From assembly GCA_047285305.1 (NCBI GenBank), contig JBJBDL010000003.1, positions 992,001 to 1,056,000 of the forward strand: 64,000 nt of DNA, written 5' to 3'. The notes under the pieces were generated by a model. The model was not told where the DNA came from. It did no database searches and saw only the letters and a list, made by a program, of their open reading frames with translations. This document shows, piece by piece, positions 1 to 10,215 of the stretch. Position 1 is the first letter of the stretch; each line of letters starts with the position of its first letter. The stretch comes from Synechococcus sp. Lineage in GTDB: Bacteria; Cyanobacteriota; Cyanobacteriia; PCC-6307; Cyanobiaceae. The position numbers were made by a program, and so were the translations under genes.

Positions 1-186
<186 letters not shown>

Positions 187-190
187 TCCG

Positions 191-862
191 ATGCGTCGTC
201 TTCGTTCCTGGGCGCTGCTGCTGATCATCCCGTTGTTGGTGAGTTGCAGCACTTCCCCGCGCGCTTCGGTGGTGACTGGTTGTGCTGATGCTGAGGCGGC
301 CTGCCTGCAGGGCCTGGCCACCGTCACCATGCAGACGAGCCAGGGCGAGTTCACGATTGAAGTGAACGGCGATGCCGCTCCTCTCACCTCCGGCAATTTC
401 CTTGATCTGGTGCGGCGCGGCACCTACGACGGAACCATGTTCCACCGCGTTGTTCGCGAGCCCGTTCCCTTTGTGGTGCAAGGGGGCGACCCGCAATCCA
501 GTGATCGATCGGTTCCTCTGGGGCAGCTCGGTACGGGCAGTTTTGTGGATCCCGACAATGGTCAGGCGCGGATGATTCCGCTTGAGATCAAGTTCAGATC
601 CGAGCAGCAGCCCCGCTACGGCAGGGTCAGCACCAATCCGGCGGAACTTGATGGCCTGGAGTTGACCCACGAGCGTGGAGCGGTGGCCATGGCCCGCTCC
701 CAGGCTCCTGATTCCGCCAGCGCCCAGTTCTATGTGGCCTTGCGTCCCTTGCCAGAACTCGACGGCCGTTACGCCGTCTTCGGCCGTGTGGTGGACGGCA
801 TGGAGGTGGTGGATGCGATCCAGCAAGGAGATCGCATCGCCAAGGCTGCGATAACGCAGTAA
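191..862 (+). CDS. Cyclophilin-type peptidyl-prolyl cis-trans isomerase, probable lipoprotein
   Basis: APLTSGNF, YDGTMFHRVV, FVVQGGDP, HERGAVAMAR, SASAQFY, YAVFGRV motifs; lipobox-like LVSC; start moved to ATG 191. Confidence 0.92.
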   Translation: MRRLRSWALLLIIPLLVSCSTSPRASVVTGCADAEAACLQGLATVTMQTSQGEFTIEVNGDAAPLTSGNFLDLVRRGTYDGTMFHRVVREPVPFVVQGGDPQSSDRSVPLGQLGTGSFVDPDNGQARMIPLEIKFRSEQQPRYGRVSTNPAELDGLELTHERGAVAMARSQAPDSASAQFYVALRPLPELDGRYAVFGRVVDGMEVVDAIQQGDRIAKAAITQ

Positions 863-863
863 C

Positions 864-1394
864 TCAGGCCGGTACCCGGCTTTGGCTGGGGGACACCTTG
901 AGCATTTCGGTGTTCACGCCTGAGGCCCGCTCAAGGGCCACCTTGCCGGTGCGGGCGATTTCGAGAATGCCGAAGGGGGCCATTAACCGTTCAAGGGCTA
1001 CCAGCTTTCCGGGATCCCCCACCACTTCCAGGGTTAGGGCTTCATCCGCCACGTCCACAACCTTGGCCCTGAACACCTGAACGAGTTCGATCACGGCGCC
1101 CCGGGATGCTGCCGGTGCCGAAACTTTGAGCAGCATCAGCTCCCGTTCGACTGCCGGGCGCTGGGTCAGGTCGAGGACCTGAAGCACATTCACCAGCTTG
1201 TCCAGCTGTTTGGTCATCTGCTGGAGCGTCTGGTCATCGCCCTCCACCACCATGGTCAGGCGCGATTGCCCTTCGGCCTCTGCTGGGCCGACAGCCAGGC
1301 TGTCAATGTTGAAGCCGCGTCGGGCGAAGAGTCCTGCGATCCGGCTGAGTGCGCCGGATTCGTCTTCAACCACCACCGAAAGGGTGTGTTTCAT
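864..1394 (-). CDS. ilvN: Acetolactate synthase small (regulatory) subunit
   Basis: [39 protein letters not shown] domain; [15 protein letters not shown]. Confidence 0.95.
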   Translation of the reverse strand: MKHTLSVVVEDESGALSRIAGLFARRGFNIDSLAVGPAEAEGQSRLTMVVEGDDQTLQQMTKQLDKLVNVLQVLDLTQRPAVERELMLLKVSAPAASRGAVIELVQVFRAKVVDVADEALTLEVVGDPGKLVALERLMAPFGILEIARTGKVALERASGVNTEMLKVSPSQSRVPA

Positions 1395-2331
1395 CACCGC
1401 TGGTAGTCCCCTGCCGGTCTGGTCCTCCCAAGTTACGGTCCAGCCAGGGCAACAACACAGCCATGAAGCGATCAGGTGCTTCGTCATGGGGGCAGTGGCC
1501 GCAGCGATCCAGCACCTTCAGCTCGAGTTCTGAGTGGCTGGCGGCCACGGATTCCCCGATGGCCAGGGGCACAAACCGATCCTGACGGCCCCAGATCAGC
1601 AACATCGGCACCTGCAGTTGTTTGAGCAGGGCGGGGGCGGTGGCGCCTCGGGGACGGTTGGCCATGCCCAGGCTCATGCCCCGCAGGGCCCGGGCTGCTG
1701 TAGGGCGCCGGGCAGGACGGGCGATCAGCTGCAGCAGCTCCGGGTCGGATTGGATCGACTGCCAGTAGGCCCCCTGAAGCCCGGCTTTGAGCAAGCCCGT
1801 TCGTGCGATCAAAGGCACCACAAGTTCAAGCGGGAGCACGTGCAGCACCAGGGCGAGCAGGCGCCGCTGCCAACGCCGCCGCCAGGCCGCCCGCCGTTTC
1901 GGCAGCGGTTGAATCAGGGCAGGGTCCGGCAGGGGCGCGGCGACCACCGCCCGCACCCTGTTCGGCGCCAGCACCGCCGCGGTGAGTGCGGTCAGGCCCC
2001 CCAGGGAATTGCCGATCACCACCGCTGGCCCTTGCACCACCTGGTCGAGGAATGCGCACACCTGCAGGGCCCAGAGCCGGTTGTCCATCGGCCGCGCCGG
2101 CTGGGCGGATTGGCCGAAACCAAGCAGATCCAGGCTGTAGACCCGCCAGCCCTGGTCAGCCAGCCGCGGCGCGCAATGGCGCCAGTGTCCGCTGGCGGCG
2201 CCGAAACCGTGCAACAGCAGCAGGGCAGGGCCCGTTTCAGGGCCGCTGACCCGCCAGTGGCAGGGCCAGTCCCTCCACTGCCAGGTGCTCTGGACACCCC
2301 AGTCGGCAGTCTGGACAGCAGCAGGCGGCAC
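1366..2331 (-). CDS. Alpha/beta fold hydrolase
   Basis: [21 protein letters not shown] nucleophile elbow, WGRQD, GHCPHDE. Confidence 0.9.
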   Translation of the reverse strand: MPPAAVQTADWGVQSTWQWRDWPCHWRVSGPETGPALLLLHGFGAASGHWRHCAPRLADQGWRVYSLDLLGFGQSAQPARPMDNRLWALQVCAFLDQVVQGPAVVIGNSLGGLTALTAAVLAPNRVRAVVAAPLPDPALIQPLPKRRAAWRRRWQRRLLALVLHVLPLELVVPLIARTGLLKAGLQGAYWQSIQSDPELLQLIARPARRPTAARALRGMSLGMANRPRGATAPALLKQLQVPMLLIWGRQDRFVPLAIGESVAASHSELELKVLDRCGHCPHDEAPDRFMAVLLPWLDRNLGGPDRQGTTSGDETHPFGGG

Positions 2332-3499
2332 CCTTCTGACCTCAACCGATCATCACTATCGCGAAGGTTTGGCTGAGCTCAGCCTTGGCCCAGGCTTTTT
2401 CAGGCCTGAGTCGCGTCCGGCCCGGGACCTTTCGGTGTTGCTGGCCCGTCACCAGAGCCGCCATGCCACGCGGCCCTTGCGCTGGCTTGATCTGATGGCC
2501 GGTTGCGGGATCAGGTCCCTGCGCTGGGGGGTGGAGGCGCTGGCCAACACGGCCGTTAAAACGGAGCTCTGGATCAACGATGGGGATCCCGACCGGCTAC
2601 CGCTGATCCAGGCCAATGTGCAGGGGCTGGGGTGTTCAACCCGGCTCACGGCTGAGGCTGCAGACCTGCTTCTGTATCGCTCGATTGTTGAGCGCCACCG
2701 TTTCGATTTCATCGACCTTGATGCCTTTGGTGCTCCTGGGCCTCTGATTCAGCCGGCACTTCAGGCTCTGCGCTTCGACGGCCTGTTGTTTCTGGCCTCC
2801 ACGGATGGTCGCTCCCCCACCGGCCACGACCGGCCTGGCGCCATCCGCAGCCTAGGGGTTGCCGCTCGCGTCCATCCTTCCAGCTGGGAAATGGCCCTGC
2901 GGCAGCAGATTGGGCTGGTGGCGCGGCAGGCTTGGATGCTGGGCCACGGACTGCAGCCGCTGTTCAGCTTCAGTGAAGGCCGCACCTTTCGCCTCGCCCT
3001 GCGCCTGCGGCGCCAGATCCCCGCGGGCGATGAACAGAAGCTGGGGCTGGTGGCCCGTTGCGAACGCTGTGGTGCCCAGCGGGTGCAGCCTCTGCTTAAG
3101 CTCAGCGGCTGGCCCGCCTGTGATTGCGTGGCTGGGCAGGGGCGCTGGAGCATCAGCGGCCCACTGTGGATCGGTCCCTTGCAGGAGCCACAGTTGTTGC
3201 AGCAGCTGATTGCCGAGGCTCAACAGCTGGGGCGTCAGCAGATCAGCCCCGCCACCATTCGATTGATGCAGCGCTTGCAGGCGGATCCCGGCGATCGCCC
3301 CACGGTGTGGCCCACCTATGAGCTGGCCCGACGGCTGGGCATCGGTGGACCACCAGCTCTGGGGCCATTGGTGCAGGCGCTCCAAGCGGCGGGTTATCGC
3401 GCCAGTGCCAATGGCGTCATGCCTGGCCAGGTGCGAACTGACGCGGAATTACCGCAGCTGTTACAGATCTGCGCCAGCCTGCGGGGGGAAGGGATTTAA
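2285..3499 (+). CDS. Trm1-like tRNA N2,N2-dimethylguanosine methyltransferase (start uncertain)
   Basis: [41 protein letters not shown], CxxC...[13 protein letters not shown]. Confidence 0.85.
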   Translation: MLWTPQSAVWTAAGGTLLTSTDHHYREGLAELSLGPGFFRPESRPARDLSVLLARHQSRHATRPLRWLDLMAGCGIRSLRWGVEALANTAVKTELWINDGDPDRLPLIQANVQGLGCSTRLTAEAADLLLYRSIVERHRFDFIDLDAFGAPGPLIQPALQALRFDGLLFLASTDGRSPTGHDRPGAIRSLGVAARVHPSSWEMALRQQIGLVARQAWMLGHGLQPLFSFSEGRTFRLALRLRRQIPAGDEQKLGLVARCERCGAQRVQPLLKLSGWPACDCVAGQGRWSISGPLWIGPLQEPQLLQQLIAEAQQLGRQQISPATIRLMQRLQADPGDRPTVWPTYELARRLGIGGPPALGPLVQALQAAGYRASANGVMPGQVRTDAELPQLLQICASLRGEGI

Positions 3500-3527
3500 A
3501 TGGGCGGGTGATCGCTTTGCCCAGACC

Positions 3528-3629
3528 ATGGCTGCTGAGATTTTTGGAACTGCTGCGATCTTCTGGGTCTTGATTCCGGTCGGCCTCGCTGGTGGTGCTC
3601 TGCTGCTGAAACTGCAGGGCGATGACTGA
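3528..3629 (+). CDS. petM: Cytochrome b6-f complex subunit PetM
   Basis: 33-aa single-helix peptide [33 protein letters not shown]. Confidence 0.9.
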   Translation: MAAEIFGTAAIFWVLIPVGLAGGALLLKLQGDD

Positions 3630-3685
3630 AGCAGTCGCTTTGTAACCGGGGCCATTAAGCTCCACCCTTCGTGAGGAAGGCGCCG

Positions 3686-4648
3686 ATGCAAGTGCTTGTG
3701 GTGGGTGGCACCGGCACCCTGGGACGACAGGTCGCCCGTCGTGCCCTTGATGCCGGCCACCAGGTGCGCTGCATGGTGCGGACCCCCCGCAAGGCTGCCT
3801 TTCTGCAGGAATGGGGTTGTGAGCTGACCCGCGGTGACCTATTGGAGCCCGACAGCCTCGATTACGCCCTTGAGGGCATGGATGCCGTGATCGATGCATC
3901 CACCAGTCGCCCCAACGACCCCCGCAGCATTTACGAAACAGATTGGGACGGAAAGCTCAATCTGCTTCGTGCCTGTGAGCGAGCAGGGGTCAAGCGTTTT
4001 GTCTTTCTCTCGCTGCTGGGTGCGCATCAGCACCGCGAGGTTCCCTTGATGGACATCAAGGCTTGTACCGAGAAGCTGCTTGAGTCGTCGGATTTCGACT
4101 ACACGATCCTGCAGGGTGCCGCCTTCATGCAGGGGGTGATCAGTCAGTTCGCCATTCCTGTTCTGGAGAGCCAGACCGTTTGGGTCAGTGGCAGCCCCAC
4201 GGCCATTGCCTACATGAACACCCAGGACATGGCCCGCTTCGCCGTCGCGGCACTCGAGCGGGAGGAAACCGTGCGTGGCACTTACCCCGTTGTTGGTCCC
4301 AAGGCCTGGAACACCGGCGAACTGGTGCAGCTCTGTGAACGCTGCAGTGGCAAGACAGCCCGCGTGTTTCGGGTGCAGCCATTCCTGATGAACCTGATGC
4401 AGGGGGTGGCGTCCTTCTTTGAACCCGCCGTCAACGTGGCGGAGCGCTTGGCTTTTGCTGAGGTCACCGGCAGCGGCCAGACCCTGGATGCCCCGATGCA
4501 AAACAGCTATGCCGCCTTCGGTCTTGAGGCCTCGGAGACCACGGACATGGAGAGCTACATCGGTGAGTACTACGACACGATCCTGAAACGCCTGCGCGAG
4601 ATGGAAGCTGATCTCGACAAGGACGCGAAGAAAAAGCTGCCCTTCTGA
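3686..4648 (+). CDS. ycf39: Ycf39-like NAD(P)-binding atypical SDR protein
   Basis: GGTGTLGRQ Rossmann motif, AAFLQEWGCEL, VPLMDIK, AYMNTQD. Confidence 0.85.
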   Translation: MQVLVVGGTGTLGRQVARRALDAGHQVRCMVRTPRKAAFLQEWGCELTRGDLLEPDSLDYALEGMDAVIDASTSRPNDPRSIYETDWDGKLNLLRACERAGVKRFVFLSLLGAHQHREVPLMDIKACTEKLLESSDFDYTILQGAAFMQGVISQFAIPVLESQTVWVSGSPTAIAYMNTQDMARFAVAALEREETVRGTYPVVGPKAWNTGELVQLCERCSGKTARVFRVQPFLMNLMQGVASFFEPAVNVAERLAFAEVTGSGQTLDAPMQNSYAAFGLEASETTDMESYIGEYYDTILKRLREMEADLDKDAKKKLPF

Positions 4649-4701
4649 ACCTTGACCCCTCCTGGTTCTTTTGTACTATCGCCTCAATTGATCCTGTCCT
4701 G

Positions 4702-4917
4702 ATGGCTGTCGCTCAGCTCAAAAATCTGCAGCGGCGTCTGCAGTTGTTGTCGGATGAGGCGGAACAAGGCCTCAACCGCGTCTGCGGCCATGAGCTATGG
4801 AAGTCAGTGGGTCCCGATGCGGTGGACGGTGTGGCCGACCCCGACCGACGGGCCGAGGCCAACTACTGGTACGGCCAGTGGAATGTGGTACGTGAGCTGC
4901 AGGAGGCGATCGGCTGA
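4702..4917 (+). CDS. Hypothetical protein (71 aa)
   Basis: ATG start, fills the gap, TGATG overlap with the next gene. Confidence 0.75.
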   Translation: MAVAQLKNLQRRLQLLSDEAEQGLNRVCGHELWKSVGPDAVDGVADPDRRAEANYWYGQWNVVRELQEAIG

Positions 4918-5729
4918 TGGCGGAATCGTGTTGTTCGTCCCTAGTGCCTCAGTCTCTGGATCAAACCCAGGCGGTGGAAGCCCGCTACGGGGCTGCTGCC
5001 CAAGAGCAGGAAGCCTGCCTTTGCACCCCGGTCGGCTTCGACCCTGCCCTGCTCAAGGTGATTCCTGATGCTGTCGTTGAGCGGGATTACGGCTGTGGTG
5101 ACCCCACCCGCTGGGTGAAGCAGGGGGACCGCGTGCTCGACCTGGGCAGCGGCAGCGGCAAAAACGCCTTCATCTGCAGCCAGATTGTCGGGGCATCCGG
5201 CGGCGTGACCGGTGTGGACCGCAACGGAGACATGCTGGCCTTGTCGCGTCAAGCGATCCCGGTTGTTGCTTCAGCTGTGGGCTTCGACAACGTCCGTTTT
5301 GTTGATGGGGCCATCGAAGCCCTGGATGCCCCTACGGCCACGGGTGAACCTCTGATCGCTGACGGTTCGATCGATGTGGTGCTGAGCAACTGTGTGCTCA
5401 ACCTGGTGAACCCGTCGGCACGCGACAGGCTCCTGGCCAACATTCGCAGGGTCCTGGCCCCCGGTGGTCGTGTTGCCATCAGCGACATTGTTTGCGATCA
5501 GGTGGTGCCCCTGCGTTTGCAGCAGGACCCTGATCTCTGGAGTGGCTGCATCAGCGGCGCCTGGCAGGAGCAGGCCTTCCTTGAGGCATTCGAAACTCTT
5601 GGCTTTGAGCAGGTTCGCTACGCCGATCGCAGTGAGCAGCCCTGGCGTGTGGTGGAGGGCATTGAATTCCGGGCGGTCACCCTCGTCGGTGCCCTCCCCG
5701 CCGATGGCCAGCGCTCGAGCTGCTGCTGA
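4917..5729 (+). CDS. SAM-dependent methyltransferase, ArsM/AS3MT-like
   Basis: DYGCGDP, VLDLGSGSG, SNCVLNL, WSGCISGA. Confidence 0.8.
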   Translation: MAESCCSSLVPQSLDQTQAVEARYGAAAQEQEACLCTPVGFDPALLKVIPDAVVERDYGCGDPTRWVKQGDRVLDLGSGSGKNAFICSQIVGASGGVTGVDRNGDMLALSRQAIPVVASAVGFDNVRFVDGAIEALDAPTATGEPLIADGSIDVVLSNCVLNLVNPSARDRLLANIRRVLAPGGRVAISDIVCDQVVPLRLQQDPDLWSGCISGAWQEQAFLEAFETLGFEQVRYADRSEQPWRVVEGIEFRAVTLVGALPADGQRSSCC

Positions 5730-6324
5730 TCAGGCGGTTGAGCCGTTCCTGTTCAGCTGCGGTCACAGCACGCCAACTGCCGGGTTGAAGGCCCGTGAGG
5801 TCCAGCGGGGGATCGTTGTCCATCAGATCGATGCAGCAACGCACCAGGCGCAACGTCGGCAGTCCAACAGCCGCAGTCATCCGGCGCACCTGCCGGTTGC
5901 GCCCCTCGGCGAGTGACAGCTGCAACCAACTTGTGGGAATCGCAGCGCGATAACGAATCGGAGGCGTTCGTTCGGGCAACTGCGGTTGGTCTTGGCCCTG
6001 AAGCCAGTGCGCTTTTGCCGGCAAGGTGCGGCGCCCCTGAATCACAACGCCATCGCAGAGCTGTTGCAGTTGATCGGTGTTGGGAGTGCCTTCCACCTGT
6101 GCCCAGTAGCTGCGCCAGTGGCCAAAGCGAGGGTCGGTGAGGCGTTGTTGCAGTCGGCCGTTGCTGGTGAGGATCAGCAACCCTTCGCTGTCGGCATCGA
6201 GTCGCCCCGCGGCGTACACCTTGGGCACATCAACAAAGTCGCTGAGGCACCGCCAACGGCTTCCCTCCTCCGGCGTGAATTGACTTAAAACCCCGTAGGG
6301 CTTGTTCAGCAGCAGCGTCGTCAA
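5677..6324 (-). CDS. rRNA pseudouridine synthase (RsuA/RluE family)
   Basis: LLLNKPYGVLSQF, AGRLDADSEGLL, EGRNRQVRRM; TTG start at 6324 proposed. Confidence 0.9.
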   Translation of the reverse strand: MTTLLLNKPYGVLSQFTPEEGSRWRCLSDFVDVPKVYAAGRLDADSEGLLILTSNGRLQQRLTDPRFGHWRSYWAQVEGTPNTDQLQQLCDGVVIQGRRTLPAKAHWLQGQDQPQLPERTPPIRYRAAIPTSWLQLSLAEGRNRQVRRMTAAVGLPTLRLVRCCIDLMDNDPPLDLTGLQPGSWRAVTAAEQERLNRLISSSSSAGHRRGGHRRG

Positions 6325-6325
6325 G

Positions 6326-6418
6326 TCAGCTTGCGTTTTCGCGCATCCTCCACAGGTTGACCACGCCAATGGAGATCAATAGCAGGCCGAGATCCAGGCT
6401 CAACGGGGGGAGAATCAC
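6326..6418 (-). CDS. Putative 30-aa single-helix membrane microprotein
   Basis: GTG-start ORF MILPPLSLDLGLLLISIGVVNLWRMRENAS*; stop lies 1 nt before the TTG of the pseudouridine synthase. Confidence 0.45.
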   Translation of the reverse strand: MILPPLSLDLGLLLISIGVVNLWRMRENAS

Positions 6419-6525
6419 GGCAGAGGGATGTGTGTCGGCGTTGGAGCCTAAGGGCTGTGTTGCTTCTGCGGGGTGCAAGTGGCCTTCTAAACTGACCGAA
6501 GCAAGACAGAACTGGCCACCAGCGC

Positions 6526-6795
6526 ATGATCGAAACCTCGGGCGTGATCGAGAAGGAACAGGGCAACGGGTTCTATCTGGTCACCCTCGAACAGCCTGCT
6601 GGCCACCAATGCCTCTGCAGAGCCGCTGGAAAGCTCACCAAGTTCCGGATCAAACTGCTTGCTGGTGACAAGGTGCTGGTGGAGATCAGCCCCTACGACC
6701 TCACCCGCGGTCGGATCACCTACCGCGAGCGCAATGCCGGTGCTCCCGGCGGTCGTCCCGGCGGCAACCGCCCCGGCGGACCGCGCCGTCGCTGA
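6526..6795 (+). CDS. infA: Translation initiation factor IF-1
   Basis: IETSGVI...AGKLTKFRIKLLAGDKVLVEISPYDLTRGRITYR. Confidence 0.95.
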   Translation: MIETSGVIEKEQGNGFYLVTLEQPAGHQCLCRAAGKLTKFRIKLLAGDKVLVEISPYDLTRGRITYRERNAGAPGGRPGGNRPGGPRRR

Positions 6796-6807
6796 GGGCT
6801 ACTGCCC

Positions 6808-8190
6808 TCAGGCGGCAGCCTGAAGGCAAGCTTCAATCGCAGCTCTGAATTCACTGCGTTGCTTCACGCCGCGCCACTGTTTCACCATCGCTTTGTTGTG
6901 GAACAGCTGCACCGTAGGTGTGCCGTTCACTCCGGCCTGTTCGGCGATCTCCTGATCGGCTTCAATGTCGATAACGACGGCCTGGGCGGATCCATCAAGT
7001 TCTTGAATCACCCGTTGCAACTGGGGTTTCAGCACGTGGCAAGGGCCGCAGCTCGGTGAGGTGTAAATCACCAGCAGAGGCTTGGCGCTGTCGTGATACA
7101 GCTTGCGCAGGGCAAAGCTCCCTTTCTGCCACAGCCCCTGGGGGTCGTAGGTGGCTTCCGTGGTGACATCCACATTCACAGGGCGTTCCGCTACCGCTGG
7201 CTCCACCTGCTCACGCTGCACCCGGGTGGCCAGGTTGTGGTGACTCAGCCAGCGCTCCGCTGCTAAGGCCGCCTTGCAGCCGCTGCCAGCTGCGGTGATG
7301 CCCTGCCGCCATTCGGCATCGGCCACGTCACCGGCTGCGAAGACGCCTTCCATGGACGTTTCCGGTCGTCCCGTTTCCGTTGTCAGGTAACCCTTTTCGT
7401 CCAGATCAATTTGCCCCTGAAGTAGATCGGTGTTGGGGGTGTGGCCGATGGCATAGAAGAGCCCTTTAACGGCGATGGTGGATGAACTGCCCTCGATGCG
7501 ATTGCGCAGGGTCATCGACTTCATCCAGTCATCTCCGCTTACGTCTTTAATTTCGCTGTTCCAGTGCACCGTGATCGCGTCGTTGGCCAACACCCGATCA
7601 GCCATGGCGGCACTGGCGCGGAGTTTGTCGGAGCGCACCACCAGATGCACGTGGCTTCCGTACTTGGTGAGGTACACCGCCTCCTCGCAGGCAGAGTCTC
7701 CGCCGCCCACCACGGCGAGTTCTTCGTTGCGGAACTGCGGTGTGGCGCCGTCACAGATCGCGCAGGCGCTGATGCCTTTGCTCCAGAAGGTTTGCTCCGA
7801 GGGCAATTGGAGGCGGTTGGCACTGGCGCCCGTGGCAATCACCAGGGCGTGGGTGCGGATGGTCTGTCCTTCCACCTCAATGCAATAGGGCTTGGAGCTG
7901 AGATCAATCCTGTCGGCATCAGCCTCCAGCAGGTGAGTGCCCCACCGCACCGCCTGAGACTTCATCAGGTCCATCAGGTCGGGCCCGAGCACACCATCCG
8001 GGAAGCCCGGAAAATTTTCCACATGGGTGGTGGTCATCAGCTGGCCACCGGGGATGCCACCGCGTTGGAACCCAGTGATAAGCAGCGGTTGCAGGTTGGC
8101 CCGTGCGGCGTAGATGGCGGCTGTGTACCCGGCTGGCCCTGACCCAATGATCACCAGGTTTTCGATGTGATCCGTACCGGTTTGGCCCAC
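6808..8190 (-). CDS. trxB: Thioredoxin reductase with C-terminal thioredoxin domain (NTRC type)
   Basis: [29 protein letters not shown], then a second CGPC thioredoxin site. Confidence 0.95.
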   Translation of the reverse strand: MGQTGTDHIENLVIIGSGPAGYTAAIYAARANLQPLLITGFQRGGIPGGQLMTTTHVENFPGFPDGVLGPDLMDLMKSQAVRWGTHLLEADADRIDLSSKPYCIEVEGQTIRTHALVIATGASANRLQLPSEQTFWSKGISACAICDGATPQFRNEELAVVGGGDSACEEAVYLTKYGSHVHLVVRSDKLRASAAMADRVLANDAITVHWNSEIKDVSGDDWMKSMTLRNRIEGSSSTIAVKGLFYAIGHTPNTDLLQGQIDLDEKGYLTTETGRPETSMEGVFAAGDVADAEWRQGITAAGSGCKAALAAERWLSHHNLATRVQREQVEPAVAERPVNVDVTTEATYDPQGLWQKGSFALRKLYHDSAKPLLVIYTSPSCGPCHVLKPQLQRVIQELDGSAQAVVIDIEADQEIAEQAGVNGTPTVQLFHNKAMVKQWRGVKQRSEFRAAIEACLQAAA

Positions 8191-8298
8191 CGCTTAAGCG
8201 AACTGACTATGAGTTAAATCTAAAGCCCTACTGGAAGCCGGCGTGAGCAAAGGCTTGAAAATGAATGAATTAAATTTTAGGAGTATTTAAGAAAAAGT

Positions 8299-8547
8299 TC
8301 AGATTTCGACTTGTGAGTCGTTGGAGCTGGGGTCGTGAATCGGACGCCGTTTGCTCGGGTTGCGCGGGACCGCCAAAACATTGGCCTCAAGCATCTCGAC
8401 GTTTTCGCCGATGCATGTGATCCATTCGCAGAATTCTTGCGTTATCGCATAACTGTCTTCATAGCGCTCTTCCTTGTCCAGGACTGCGATGCGCGTGGAT
8501 GCCCAGCCCGCTGCAACGACGATCCGGCGTTCCATTGCGGCGTCCAT
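8299..8547 (-). CDS. Hypothetical protein (82 aa)
   Basis: ATG preceded by GAGGAG; fills the gap. Confidence 0.75.
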   Translation of the reverse strand: MDAAMERRIVVAAGWASTRIAVLDKEERYEDSYAITQEFCEWITCIGENVEMLEANVLAVPRNPSKRRPIHDPSSNDSQVEI

Positions 8548-8643
8548 AGCTGTCTCCTCGATGTTGATCAGGTTGGCGGATCGGGGGTCCCTTTCGGCCG
8601 TTCATTCGCACAAATTCGCATTTTCCTCTGGCCAATGCTGTGT

Positions 8644-10113
8644 TCAGCGCTGCAAAAAAGCTGGCAATTCGGGCGTTTTCAGCCGGATCACAGCACCGGC
8701 TCCGTCCTCCACCGCTTCGAGGGGCAGGCTCGGCCCGCGCCAGGCGCCAACCCCCGGCCGCTCGTCTTCGGCCCCCTGCTCCTGAGGCCGAAGCACGTAG
8801 GGCTCGGCCACTGACCATGAGCGGGCGTAGTCCATCAGCAGTGGGTCTGCTGGAGCAAACACGTAGGAGGCTTCTCTGGGAACGGCTTCACTGGCGGCCA
8901 GTTCGGGCGTCATCCGCACAGCCCGGGTGATGCCCTGCACAAAACGGCTTCGGGTTACCACGGTGGTCAGGTAGGCCACCACCCGCAGGCGTGGCGCATC
9001 AAAGCCTTCCGCGCACATGTCGATGCTCACCAGCCAATCGGCGTTACCGCTTTGGAAGGCTTTCAAGCGCTCCGCTGCTTGGGGGCTCTGGGAATGGATT
9101 AATTCCACCCGGTTGCCGTCGTCAACTAACACCCGGCTGATGGCTTCGGCGTGGCTGATGTCGCGGGCGATCACAAGACCAGCAGCCTGCGGCTGTCCCT
9201 CACGCAACTGGTTCAGCTTCTGCTGGGCGCGCAGCAGCACTTGCTGGCCAATGCTGCTGCTGTCGGCCAGGCGGATGGCGCGACGCAGGTTTCGCGCGCG
9301 CCAGCTTTCCCGTTGCTCCGCCGAGAGGGGGGAAACGTCGCGGTCCGGGTGTCCTTCGCGACTGTGTTCCACCCAGCCGTCCTGAAAACGGAACTCCAGG
9401 GGGCGCACATCCCCTGCGGCGATCAAGTCCCTGGGTTCCACACAGAGATCCGGACGGATCTGTTCCGCCCATCCACCGTCGTCCAGTCGCACGCGGATGC
9501 GACGGGCGGCGCAGAACGCCAGGTTGTCGGCACGAAAAGGGGTGCCCGTGAGCCCCAGCCGCAGCCGCACGCTGCCTGTCAGCTCCAGAAAGGTCTGCCC
9601 CCAGGCGGTGGCGTCCGGTTCGTCGGGATCAACGCCGAGATGGTGGGCCTCATCGGCAATCGCTATGCAGCTGCTCAGGCCCCATTGCTCGAGCCGTGCC
9701 CCCAGAACTTCGCGCTGGCGACCGGCCCCCTGATAGGTCACCAGCAAGCCATCAGCGTCCTGGCTTTGCTCCGGCGGGCACGGCCACTCCTCAAGCCGCA
9801 AGCCAAGACGCGCCGCGGCGGATTTCCATTGGTTGAGGATTGAGGTCCGGTGGCAGAAGACCAGGAAATGGTTCAGCCGGCCTTGATCGCGCATGGCGCG
9901 GAATCCCAGTAAAGCCCCGAGGGTTTTTCCTGCCCCTGGGCCTGCAAACACCAGCAGGTCGCGGCTGCTGCCCTCAAGCCCGAGCCTGCGCCGCAGCAGC
10001 TGGATCAGCTGTTGCTGCCACTGCCTTGGTTGAACTTGCCTTGGTTGAACCTGGCGGGCTTGGGCCCCGTTCGTGTTCTGCCTGGCCGGGAGGTTGAAGC
10101 TGACGGCTGAGAT
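8644..10113 (-). CDS. Superfamily 2 (DEAD/DEAH-box-like) helicase; true start unresolved
   Basis: GPGAGKT, DEAHH, LGLTGTPFR, EGFDAP, FVQGITRAVR; frame stays open upstream of GTG 9951 and includes a PRQWQ Q-motif-like segment. Confidence 0.85.
   Translation of the reverse strand: MSAVSFNLPARQNTNGAQARQVQPRQVQPRQWQQQLIQLLRRRLGLEGSSRDLLVFAGPGAGKTLGALLGFRAMRDQGRLNHFLVFCHRTSILNQWKSAAARLGLRLEEWPCPPEQSQDADGLLVTYQGAGRQREVLGARLEQWGLSSCIAIADEAHHLGVDPDEPDATAWGQTFLELTGSVRLRLGLTGTPFRADNLAFCAARRIRVRLDDGGWAEQIRPDLCVEPRDLIAAGDVRPLEFRFQDGWVEHSREGHPDRDVSPLSAEQRESWRARNLRRAIRLADSSSIGQQVLLRAQQKLNQLREGQPQAAGLVIARDISHAEAISRVLVDDGNRVELIHSQSPQAAERLKAFQSGNADWLVSIDMCAEGFDAPRLRVVAYLTTVVTRSRFVQGITRAVRMTPELAASEAVPREASYVFAPADPLLMDYARSWSVAEPYVLRPQEQGAEDERPGVGAWRGPSLPLEAVEDGAGAVIRLKTPELPAFLQR
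10022..10050. repeat. 15-bp-period tandem duplication (TGCCTTGGTTGAAC x2)
   Basis: Identical 14-mers at 10022-10035 and 10037-10050; encode VQPRQ twice in the helicase frame. Confidence 0.85.
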
Positions 10114-10215
10114 ATCACCTCCCGGGAAGATGAGTCTTTTTAACCATTACTTTGCGCTGTGGCATCTCTACCGTCCGGCCATCAGCTCCATCGGGATCGG
10201 GTCCCGCCCATCGCC

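Noticed and set aside
6808..8190. Thioredoxin reductase-thioredoxin fusion as a novelty
   Set aside because: Matches the established NTRC architecture of cyanobacteria and plastids
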